From a bacterium (GTDB lineage: Bacteria; Desulfobacterota; GWC2-55-46): DNA of 15,231 nucleotides. Under the pieces are notes generated by a model. That model ran no database searches. It saw nothing but the letters and a program-made list of their open reading frames with translations, and was not told the origin of the DNA. Made by a program: the position numbers and the translations under genes. Location of the stretch: the NCBI GenBank assembly GCA_027310325.1, contig DAIDBB010000503.1, forward strand, positions 1-15,231, read 5' to 3'. Positions 7,205-14,589 of the stretch are shown here, one piece after another; position 1 is the stretch's first letter, and the number at the start of each line of letters is the position of its first letter.

Positions 7205-7696
7205 ATGAAAACACTGCTTTTCTTGCCCGTCATTTCATTCGCTCTTGCCTTATGTTTAGGAACAGCCGCTGCCGCAGAGAAAGAGACCCAGGCAGCGATT
7301 AAGCCTACTGACGGATGGACGCTGCATATCGATGCGAAACGTCACGTTCCAAAGATGCCGGAAATGATTGCTCACCACTATTGCAAGAACGTATCAGGGG
7401 GTCTTATTGAGTGCCAGTTGTACGACGGCGACAAGGCGGATGCGCGTCTCATAGGTGTCGAGATGGTCGTCGATGCCGCGACATACGATAAATTCAGCAA
7501 GAAGGAAAAAGCGCTCTGGCATTACCACAAAACAGAAATCCCGAAAGTCGAGGCCGTGCTCCCGGATCTGTCTCCTGAAGAGGCCGCGAAGACTGTCAAA
7601 GACCTGGAAAATACCTACGGCAAAATCTATATACTTTGGAATCCGGCGAAAACCGAATCGCCCGTAGGGAAGCCTGTCATATCGATTTTGCACTGA
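7205..7696 (+). CDS. Small secreted protein of unknown function (possible metal-binding; tentatively DUF1264/OBAP-like)
   Basis: 163 aa. Cleavable signal peptide (MKTLLFLPVISFALALCLGTAAAA|EKE). His/Cys-containing motifs HHYC, ECQLYDGD, WHYHK. Strong SD. Family assignment is a weak recollection only. Confidence 0.7.
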   Translation: MKTLLFLPVISFALALCLGTAAAAEKETQAAIKPTDGWTLHIDAKRHVPKMPEMIAHHYCKNVSGGLIECQLYDGDKADARLIGVEMVVDAATYDKFSKKEKALWHYHKTEIPKVEAVLPDLSPEEAAKTVKDLENTYGKIYILWNPAKTESPVGKPVISILH

Positions 7697-7971
7697 ATAC
7701 CCTCAATATGGATGAAAGCGTAGAAGCCGCCGTCGGACTGTGTTCTGAGTCACGGAAAGAAAGAGGGCTGCAGAGGATTTGGCGGGCGGAGTCGTATGAA
7801 AAATCATTACCCGCCCGATTAAGTACTTTTGAAGGTTTGCGACAATGGACGATTGGAGAAGCGAATGTTTCTTTCCTAAATCTTCACGCCCCAAAGCTAC
7901 CCGGAGCGCGGACTGGTGGAGGTGGGATACGCTTAAAAATGCGTAACTGGCGAATAATCTTCGCATGACAA

Positions 7972-8022
7972 AAAATAAGGGAGGCTTTCGCCTCCTATTA
8001 TGATGCCTTCCTCAGTCAGGCA
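7972..8022 (-). terminator. Tandem hairpins plus U-tract: intrinsic terminator for the SRPBCC gene
   Basis: Minus strand: GAUGCCU-N9-AGGCAUC hairpin (8000-8022), then GGAGGC-GAAA-GCCUCC (7980-7995) followed by CUUAUUUUUUG. Confidence 0.55.
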
Positions 8023-8038
8023 TCCTCCTACCCTTCTT

Positions 8039-8542
8039 TCATCGCTTCAGGACCCCGGCGAGCTTATCGAATGACCAGTTCCAGCCGTGCCGGGCCCCGT
8101 CGGTATCTGCTCCCGGAGGGATGCCGACGTGCCGAAGGGTCTGTTTCGTTTTGCCACGCTCCTCTTCGAAAGTCACCGTCACAAACATCTCGAGCGGAAA
8201 TTCCACGCTCATCCCGTAGTGAGTCGCCGGGACCACGTTGCCCGACTCATACGCAAAGCTGTCGGTGTAGACTATACGCGACGGCTTTACTATCTCCCGG
8301 AATACGCCGGTGCTCCGGTAGTCCTAGCCCTCTGGCGACCGCATGCAGTTCGGGAATTTTCCGCCCACGGGGAGTTCCATCTTGCGGAAGGGAGACGTAA
8401 ATCCCTTCGGCCCGCACCAGAGTTTGACAAGTTCGGGGTCGGTCCAAGCCGTCCAAAGCTCCTCACGTGTGGCGTCGAAGACGCGCGTTATCCGAAGTTC
8501 GTTCTCTTCGGCTTTCCCGGCTGCACTTACTGCCCTTTTCAT
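8039..8542 (-). pseudogene. SRPBCC / AHSA1 (activator of Hsp90 ATPase)-like protein interrupted by one in-frame TAG
   Basis: ORFs 8324-8548 (…ITRVFDATREELWTAWTDPELVKLWCGPKGFTSP…RSPEG) and 8039-8236 (…[25 protein letters not shown]…HGWNWSFDKLAGVL) are in the same frame. They join through TAG at 8324-8326 (…[42 protein letters not shown]…). The whole 168-aa span reads as one typical AHSA1-domain protein. GGAGG RBS before the Met at 8542. Confidence 0.7.
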
Positions 8543-8820
8543 ACTCATACCTCCTCTTTGTAAGCCAGGCAGATTCGATATAAAAAAATTCAGGCTTGTC
8601 CGGCATTAGTCGTTAATTTTGAGAACGGCCCCGCCGGTAATCATGCTCACGGCAGAGACCCACCGTGATGTAGACCGTTTAAGGGTTTCCCTCCTTTCTT
8701 TGAAATACTTATTTATCACGGCCCGCGCATCTGTTCGGCGCTCATGCATTATAAAAAGAGCGCATTAAAAGGGGCTTTTTAAGGACTTTTTTCGGTCGCG
8801 AGATGAAAAACTTTTATGGC

Positions 8821-10062
8821 TTAGAGGTTCCCGGCGGCGTTAAGGGCGTTCTTGATGACCGTCATGCCGAGGTCCTGCTGGACGAGCTCGGTCATCTTCT
8901 GCTCAAAGGGGATGTATACGAGGAGGGCTTCGGTCATTGTTATTTCAACGTCTTTCAGGATGGGAAATACGAATTTTTTCATGGATACGATGCCCGCAAG
9001 GCTTATCTTTATGCTTTCTGCGGCTTCAACGGCAGAAAGCGTCACCGGGTAGGCCTTTCGTATCTTTAGCCGTTTCTGAAGCTCGATTTGCGGCTGCTTC
9101 ATCGTCAGCTCACGCCCAAGCCTCAGGAATAGCGGCGGGTTCACCTTGAAGGCCGGCTGCCAGAAATAAAGCGCCTGTTCGTCCCACTCGACCTTCATGA
9201 GCCTCGGCAGGTTAGCGGCCCTGGCCAGGTCGCCGAAACTCTTAAGGTCCAAGCCCTCGACAGAGGCCTTTATCCTCCAGAAGGGAAGGTAGGCAGGGTC
9301 CTTGCCGCCCGGCATTATGCCGAACCCGACCCTTGATAACCCGTCAGCCCCCGCTTCCCACGCCGAATAGCAGCCGTTACAGAATAGCGTCGTGCTTTTT
9401 CTGTCCCCCGCCAGCCCGGTCCCGCAATCGGGGCATAATGTCGAAAGAAACCGGGCCTGCCACCGAGCCTCCCCGTTATCCGCCAGGAACTCTTCGACGT
9501 CGCCCTCCCCCGCAACCCTCCGGTCGAGTATGGCGTCAAAGAGGCCTTTGTCCCTGATGTAAAAGGGCATGTATATGAAGCTAGCGCTCTCGCCGATAAA
9601 GGTCTTGAGAAACGGGGAGACGGCCTCCTTATCGAGGGGCCCCGCTATCGCCTTCTCCACGGCGACAAGCTCCCGGCTTATCCTCGAAGACGCCTCTTTG
9701 AAGGAAAACCTGGGCCGTATCATCTCCCCCTTCAAGTCCGGGGAGACGAACCGGAGTTTCAAGGTCTGGGGCCTCAAGCCCATCGTCGGAGGGAGCTTCA
9801 GGGTCTTACAGGCAATGAGGCTGCTGTCGACAAGGGCGTGCGAGACCTCGTAGGGGATGATGGAAAAGGAGATGCCCTTCAATCTCCAGTAGGGCAAATA
9901 GACGAGCCGTTCGCCGCTTTGCGCCGGCAGATAGTACCGCAGGTGGTCGTCAACGGCGATAAAGAGCCTTACCCTGCAGAACCGGCAGGAAAATATTCGG
10001 TCTGTCTCCTCGATGACGACCGGAGACCCGCACTGCGGACATTGGTTCTCGATACTCCACAT
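8821..10062 (-). CDS. Tandem-duplicated zinc-ribbon protein of unknown family (2 x [CxxC-X14-CxxC + ~170-aa domain])
   Basis: 413 aa. Zn ribbon 1 is C8/C11/C26/C29; Zn ribbon 2 is C210/C213/C228/C231. Each is followed at identical spacing by a YLP[YF]WR[LI]K motif (res 55-62 and 258-265), then PP..L..L motifs and [LF][VI]Y[IM]PF near the module ends. No TM segments. Confidence 0.8.
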   Translation of the reverse strand: MWSIENQCPQCGSPVVIEETDRIFSCRFCRVRLFIAVDDHLRYYLPAQSGERLVYLPYWRLKGISFSIIPYEVSHALVDSSLIACKTLKLPPTMGLRPQTLKLRFVSPDLKGEMIRPRFSFKEASSRISRELVAVEKAIAGPLDKEAVSPFLKTFIGESASFIYMPFYIRDKGLFDAILDRRVAGEGDVEEFLADNGEARWQARFLSTLCPDCGTGLAGDRKSTTLFCNGCYSAWEAGADGLSRVGFGIMPGGKDPAYLPFWRIKASVEGLDLKSFGDLARAANLPRLMKVEWDEQALYFWQPAFKVNPPLFLRLGRELTMKQPQIELQKRLKIRKAYPVTLSAVEAAESIKISLAGIVSMKKFVFPILKDVEITMTEALLVYIPFEQKMTELVQQDLGMTVIKNALNAAGNL

Positions 10063-10093
10063 AGACGTTAAGATCGCCGGAGGACTCTTTCTG

Positions 10094-10230
10094 GGCGGAA
10101 ACTTTCTACGGCAAGTTTCCGCCAGGCCCCTTCAGAGATTTTCAGTTCTTTCACGGGATACCCCAAAAAAGGGTATCCTGTGAAACCAAAATTTTTGGAT
10201 AGAGTCTGAGAGAAAGAGGGCTCTTTCAGC
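10094..10230 (-). promoter_or_regulatory. Highly structured intergenic spacer between the SPFH and zinc-ribbon genes (three hairpins)
   Basis: Perfect 11-bp stem GGCGGAAACTT/AAGTTTCCGCC (10094-10123). 12-bp stem CACGGGATACCC-caaaaaa-GGGTATCCTGTG (10152-10182). Palindrome CCAAAATTTTTGG (10186-10198). GAAAGAG-ggc-CTCTTTC (10207-10230). Confidence 0.5.
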
Positions 10231-10236
10231 GTCCTT

Positions 10237-11343
10237 TTACAGTTTTTCGCCGCACTGGTTGCAGTAAACCGACTCCTGAAGGTTCTCGGTCCCGCAGCGC
10301 GAGCACTTCCTGGGAGTGGGCTTCTGGGCGGCGGGGTTGCCGCACCTGGAGCAGAAGGCCGCCCCAGGAGACATGTTGTAGCCGCACTTCGAGCACTTGT
10401 TAAAGATGAGGAGGTGGTATCCGCACGACGGGCAGAACGCGGCGTTCTCCGGCGAGGGCCTGCCGCACCCAGGGCATTTGACTTCAGTTGCCGCCTGCCT
10501 TCCGGACATGCCCGCGAACATCGCTGGCATCATGAGCCCTGCTCCCACCCCCAAGCCTACCCCAGCGGCCCCCTTGTTCCTCGAGGCCTCTTCGATCGCC
10601 ATGGCGGACTTCATCTGGAGGAGCTTATTAAGGTCGTCAAAGACGCATAATCTACTCTTGTCGTCTATGGCCTTCTGGACCTCGAGCGGAGGGGTTATGG
10701 AGTTTATGTAGAGGTTATAGAGCCCGAGGCCGTAGCGGCTGAAGTCCTCCTGCAAGCGCTTCTTGAGGTCGCCGGCGAGGAGGTCGTATTTGCCGGGGAG
10801 GTTGAAGACGGTATCGAGGCTTTCGCCGAGGAGGTCGTTGAACCTCGATACTATTATCTTACTGAGGTACTCCCCGATATCGTCCGTCGTGTATATGCCC
10901 TGCGTGCCCGTAATGGTATTTATGAAAAGAACGGGCTGGACGACCCTTACGTCGAACATCCCGAAGGCGCGGAGCCTTATAAGCCCGAGGTCTTTATCCT
11001 TGAAGGCGACCGGGTCCATTGTGCCCCACTTGAGGTTCGGGAAGACCTTCATGTTGACGAAGTAGACCTCGGCCCTCAGCGGGCTTTTAAAGCCCCAGGG
11101 GAGGCTCAAGACCTTGGTGAGGACAGGGACGTTGGCGGTCGCAAGCGTGTGCCTTCCGGGGCCGAAGGCGTCGTAGGCCTTGCCCTGGTAGAAGAAGACC
11201 GCGGCCTGGCTCTCCCGCACCGTAAGTTGCGCGCCGTATTTTATCTCTCCTGACCCGCCCTCAGGGACACGGCGGACAAGTGTTTGCCCGGTGTCGTCGA
11301 GCCACTCAAGTACTTCGAGAAATATTACGTTGTTAGAGCCCAT
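10237..11343 (-). CDS. SPFH/band-7 (stomatin-prohibitin-flotillin) protein with three C-terminal zinc ribbons (COG4260, YdjI-like)
   Basis: N-terminal FLEVLEWLDDTGQTLVRRVP…GAQLTVRESQAAVFFYQGKAYDAFGPGRHTL…KSPLRAEVYFVNMKVFPNLKWGT is typical of the COG4260 SPFH family. The C-terminus has three CxxC-X9-11-CxxC repeats (CPGCG…CPSCG, CSKCG…CSRCG, CSRCG…CNQCG). Start is set at the Met at 11343, with AGGAGG 10 nt upstream; the ORF-track start at 11400 has no RBS. Confidence 0.85.
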   Translation of the reverse strand: MGSNNVIFLEVLEWLDDTGQTLVRRVPEGGSGEIKYGAQLTVRESQAAVFFYQGKAYDAFGPGRHTLATANVPVLTKVLSLPWGFKSPLRAEVYFVNMKVFPNLKWGTMDPVAFKDKDLGLIRLRAFGMFDVRVVQPVLFINTITGTQGIYTTDDIGEYLSKIIVSRFNDLLGESLDTVFNLPGKYDLLAGDLKKRLQEDFSRYGLGLYNLYINSITPPLEVQKAIDDKSRLCVFDDLNKLLQMKSAMAIEEASRNKGAAGVGLGVGAGLMMPAMFAGMSGRQAATEVKCPGCGRPSPENAAFCPSCGYHLLIFNKCSKCGYNMSPGAAFCSRCGNPAAQKPTPRKCSRCGTENLQESVYCNQCGEKL

Positions 11344-11370
11344 TCGCCCGGAACCTCCTGATTTATTGGC

Positions 11371-11400
11371 TATATTGCGTAGCTCTGAACTTTTAGTCAA
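11371..11400 (-). promoter_or_regulatory. Candidate promoter for the SPFH–zinc-ribbon operon
   Basis: Minus strand TTGACT (rc of 11395-11400), 17-18 nt, CAATAT/AATATA, about 20-30 nt upstream of the ATG. Pattern match only. Confidence 0.3.
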
Positions 11401-11893
11401 GGATTAGGTCGCTAGAGTTAGTATCGGTCAGTATCTTAAAAAGCTTAAAAGTTGGTGTTTATGAGGGACCTTTCTACGCGACCAAAGAAATATCTTGTAT
11501 TTTGGGAGCCACGGAGTTAAAATCGGTCAAAAATGCCTTGAAGAAGTCAGTTTATGGGGTGCTTATAAATGGCCTTTTTCTCGCAAAAAAGGCGCTCCTC
11601 GCTTGTCCTTATCGCATTCCTTCCGGTATTCGTTATCTTTCACTGCACATATGAGCAAAATGAGGCTTCCCGGGGGAGAGGTCTGCCGCCTCCCTTGGAA
11701 GCGATTGAGAATTAGTGCGGACTCAAGTCAAGGATAATGCTTTTGCCAGGACCTGAGGCATAGCACAATAATGATTTTTGATGATCCCCCGCTGAAGGCG
11801 CCGTACACGACGCGCGCTATGCGTTTTCAATCAAGCGTTAATGATTTCTTAATTCTTCTATGTTATTTTAAATGAATATGTTGGGACAAAAAA

Positions 11894-11908
11894 CTGACAG
11901 GGTGTCAG
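11894..11908. promoter_or_regulatory. Perfect 6-3-6 palindrome CTGACA-GGG-TGTCAG, candidate transcription-factor operator
   Basis: Lies about 40 bp upstream of the putative -35 of the histidine kinase promoter, inside a 650-bp AT-rich divergent regulatory region. Confidence 0.35.
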
Positions 11909-11949
11909 ATAATATTACTTTAGTGTGAGTAAAAATTGACATTTTCTTC

Positions 11950-11979
11950 TTGCACGAACATCTGCAAGGAAAGTATAAT
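11950..11979 (+). promoter_or_regulatory. Candidate sigma70 promoter for the histidine kinase gene
   Basis: TTGCAC (11950-11955), 18 nt, TATAAT (11974-11979). SD GAGGGAGA 6 nt before the ATG at 12051. Confidence 0.4.
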
Positions 11980-12050
11980 TTAACGTTCATTCTAAGATTG
12001 CGGGAACTGTAAACCTGTTGAAAAGGACGCAAGCAGAGAGGGAGACGGAG

Positions 12051-14306
12051 ATGCAGAAAGAGAACGCGAGAAGGTGGATAGACAACACGGTATTTACCAC
12101 AGGCGGGTTATCGGCCATTCTGGGCGCGGTCGTCATCATCGGTTGGTTCACCCAGAACCTGGCGCTTCTGAAGATTTTGCCTTCTTTCGAGGCGATGAGG
12201 TTCAATACCGCCCTGGGGTTTTCACTCGCCGGGGCCGGCCTTGTCGCCACGGTTTTTAAAAGGAAGACGGTTTTCAGGGTCTGCGGCCTCATGGTAGGCC
12301 TCATCGGGGCGCTTACGATAATCGAGTACACCTTCGGAGTGGACATCGGCATAGACCAGCTTTTCATTAAAGACACCGTCTCCGCGACATACCCGGGGCG
12401 GCTCGCCCTGCCGACGGCCATAGGGTTTACTTTCATAGGCTCCGCCTTTATCCTCCTTGGCACCCCGCGCTGGACAAAAAGGCAGCACATATTCCTCGGC
12501 ATCCCGGGCTCGATAATAATCGCCCTTGGTGTCGTAGGGCTCATAGGCTTTTTCTCCGGGCATACGGAGATAGGCACATGGGGGGACTTCGTCTCCATGG
12601 CCTTCCACACGGCCGTGGGCCTGATGCTGGTCGGCACGGGCCTCATCGCCTCGGCATGGCGTCATAGCGCGAATGAGGGGAGGTTTCTTTTCCAGTGGCT
12701 TCCGGTCATAATAGGCGTGGGCGTCCTTACCGGCACGATGCTCCTGTGGCGGGTATCGGTTGCGCTTGAGCGGGCGAATATCGAGAAGATGGTGCTCCTT
12801 AAGACGGCAACGCTCAGGGCGAATACAAACGACCGGATAGAATCCCACATCCAGGCTCTCATGCGCATGGCAAACCGCTGGGCAATGCACGGCCCGCCCA
12901 GTAAAATGGAATGGGAGTCCGACGCCGGCCTTTACGTGAAGCATTACGGGGTCTACCGGAGCATCATGTGGGTAGACCCCACGCTCCGCGCGCGCTGGGT
13001 GGCCCCTTTTAAGGGGAACGAATCCGAGATAGGCAGGTACCTGGGGGACGACCTCGGCGGCTCAAAGGCCCTTGAAGCGGCCCGCGAAAAGCGCGACGCG
13101 TGGATATCCCCGGCGGTCCCCGAAAAGGGCGGCGATGTCTTCGCGGCCTACATCCCCATCTTCATCCCAATCTTCAACCACAGGTTCGACGGGTTCATCG
13201 TAGGCGTCTTCGACGTCCGGAGCCTCTTTGATACGATACTTAAGGACGAGGACATAAAGGGGTACGACGTGTCGGTTTCGAGCAACGGGAGCGTCATTTA
13301 CACAAGCGGCGGCGCGCCTGGCGGATGGGCCCGGGAGGCAAGGGTACGCCTTTACGGCGCCGATTTTACCGTAAAGATCTGGCCGAAGGCCGATTATCTG
13401 GCGGGCGCAAGGTCGATCCTTCCGTCGGTAATACTCGCTTCCGGCATACTCGTCTCCTTTCTCCTCGCCCTTGTGGGCCATTTCGGCGAAAAGGCGCAAG
13501 AGCGAGCCAGCATATCCGAGGCGGCCAACGCCCGGCTCGAACATGAAATATTCCAGAGAAGGCGCGCCGAGGAGGAGCTTAAGGCCAATTACGCGGTCAT
13601 CGAACGGAACTCGGAGGAGCTCAAACGCTCGAACGCCGAGCTCGAGCAGTTCGCCTCCGTCGTATCGCACGACCTCCAGGAGCCGCTTCGCGTAATAAGC
13701 GGTTATCTCCAGCTTTTAAGCCGCCGCTATAAGGGAAAGCTCGACGAAAGCGCTGAAGAGTTCATCAGGTTCTCCGTCGAGGGCGCCGCGCGCATGCAGA
13801 ACATAATAAGCGACCTCCTTGCCTACTCGAGGGTCGGCTCCAGGACAAAGAACCTCTCATCGGTTGACTGCTCCGAAATAGTGGACCTCACGAAGAAAAA
13901 CCTCGGCAGGGTGATACAGGAAAACGGGGCCGTCATAACGAGCGGCCCCCTTCCCACGGTAAACGCCGACGCCTCGCAGCTCGGGCACCTCTTCATGAAC
14001 CTCGTCGGCAACGCCATAAAGTACCGGGGCGACGAGACGCCTTCGGTCCATATATCCGCGAAGGCGCTCCCCGAGGAATGGCTCTTTTCAGTGGCCGACA
14101 ACGGGATAGGGATCGACCCGGCCTATTCGGAGAAGATATTCGAGATGTTCCAGCGCCTGCATGGCAAGGGGAGCAAATACACGGGCACCGGGATAGGGCT
14201 TGCCATCTGCAAAAAGGTAGTGGAGAACCACGGCGGCCGCATCTGGATCGAATCAACGCCGGGCAGGGGCTCGACCTTCTTCTTTACCCTTCCGGCAAAG
14301 GCTTAA
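12051..14306 (+). CDS. Multi-pass membrane sensor histidine kinase (about 7 TM, then an extracytoplasmic sensor domain, a TM segment, HisKA and HATPase_c)
   Basis: Seven hydrophobic helices in residues about 20-250. A roughly 220-aa putative periplasmic domain follows, then one more TM (SILPSVILASGILVSFLLALVGHF) and a coiled coil. H-box FASVVSHDLQEPLRVISGYLQLL. N and G boxes (LFMNLVGNAIKY…, GTGIGLAICKKVVENHGGRIWIESTPGRGSTFFFTLP). Start moved from TTG 12018 to ATG 12051, which has a strong SD. Confidence 0.9.
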   Translation: MQKENARRWIDNTVFTTGGLSAILGAVVIIGWFTQNLALLKILPSFEAMRFNTALGFSLAGAGLVATVFKRKTVFRVCGLMVGLIGALTIIEYTFGVDIGIDQLFIKDTVSATYPGRLALPTAIGFTFIGSAFILLGTPRWTKRQHIFLGIPGSIIIALGVVGLIGFFSGHTEIGTWGDFVSMAFHTAVGLMLVGTGLIASAWRHSANEGRFLFQWLPVIIGVGVLTGTMLLWRVSVALERANIEKMVLLKTATLRANTNDRIESHIQALMRMANRWAMHGPPSKMEWESDAGLYVKHYGVYRSIMWVDPTLRARWVAPFKGNESEIGRYLGDDLGGSKALEAAREKRDAWISPAVPEKGGDVFAAYIPIFIPIFNHRFDGFIVGVFDVRSLFDTILKDEDIKGYDVSVSSNGSVIYTSGGAPGGWAREARVRLYGADFTVKIWPKADYLAGARSILPSVILASGILVSFLLALVGHFGEKAQERASISEAANARLEHEIFQRRRAEEELKANYAVIERNSEELKRSNAELEQFASVVSHDLQEPLRVISGYLQLLSRRYKGKLDESAEEFIRFSVEGAARMQNIISDLLAYSRVGSRTKNLSSVDCSEIVDLTKKNLGRVIQENGAVITSGPLPTVNADASQLGHLFMNLVGNAIKYRGDETPSVHISAKALPEEWLFSVADNGIGIDPAYSEKIFEMFQRLHGKGSKYTGTGIGLAICKKVVENHGGRIWIESTPGRGSTFFFTLPAKA

Positions 14307-14322
14307 CGCTTCATAAAGAAAC

Positions 14323-14360
14323 AAGGCCCTGATAGTCGCCTATCAGGGCCTTTACTTTCC
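14323..14360. terminator. Bidirectional intrinsic terminator (13-bp perfect stem) between the convergent HK and fba genes
   Basis: AAGGCCCTGATAG-tcgc-CTATCAGGGCCTT followed by TTACTTTCC on the plus strand and GUUUCUUUAUG on the minus strand. Confidence 0.65.
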
Positions 14361-14589
14361 GCGATACTTATCTTCGCCTTCCTCCTCCCCGGACCCGGGG
14401 CAGCACGCGTCTGGCGTTCAGGTGGATCATCCTCTGGCTATTATGACCGCCGCGAAGACGCCTATCGTCGAAAGAACGTCTTTAAGGGCCATACGGGCCC
14501 CCAAGGCTTGAATTACGGCCATTTTAGCATCTCGTCGCGAAATTAGAAGCCACTCTTTTCCACGGGCTTCTAAGAAAAGGGTTCCCATA

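Noticed and set aside
6250-7233. ORFs 6250-6555 (-) and 6886-7233 (-) in the long non-coding region
   Set aside because: No RBS and no recognisable motifs. The second overlaps the promoter and start of the 7205 gene. Treated as non-coding.
8087-8563. 158-aa plus-strand ORF and 8247-8456 (-), 8071-8400 (+), 8343-8609 (+)
   Set aside because: All overlap the SRPBCC gene in other frames or strands. The minus-strand frame carrying the AHSA1 motifs explains the region.
8803-9557. Plus-strand ORFs 8803-9069, 8852-9052, 8937-9149, 9333-9557 and 9315-9539 (-)
   Set aside because: Overlap the 413-aa zinc-ribbon protein, which has a coherent duplicated-domain structure. No support.
11344-11400. N-terminal extension of the SPFH protein (MTKSSELRNIANKSGGSGR)
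   Set aside because: No RBS. AGGAGG is perfectly placed for the internal Met at 11343, which also matches the family N-terminus.
11495-11737. 80-aa ORF in the divergent intergenic region
   Set aside because: Starts with TTG, no SD, and the translation has no features. The region is better explained as regulatory DNA.
12018-12050. TTG start of the histidine kinase ORF
   Set aside because: The ATG at 12051 has a strong GAGGGAGA SD 6 nt upstream. The TTG codon lies inside the predicted 5' UTR/TSS region.
11987-12944. Minus-strand ORFs 11987-12646 and 12222-12944
   Set aside because: Antisense to the sensor kinase TM region. Pro/Arg-rich junk translation.
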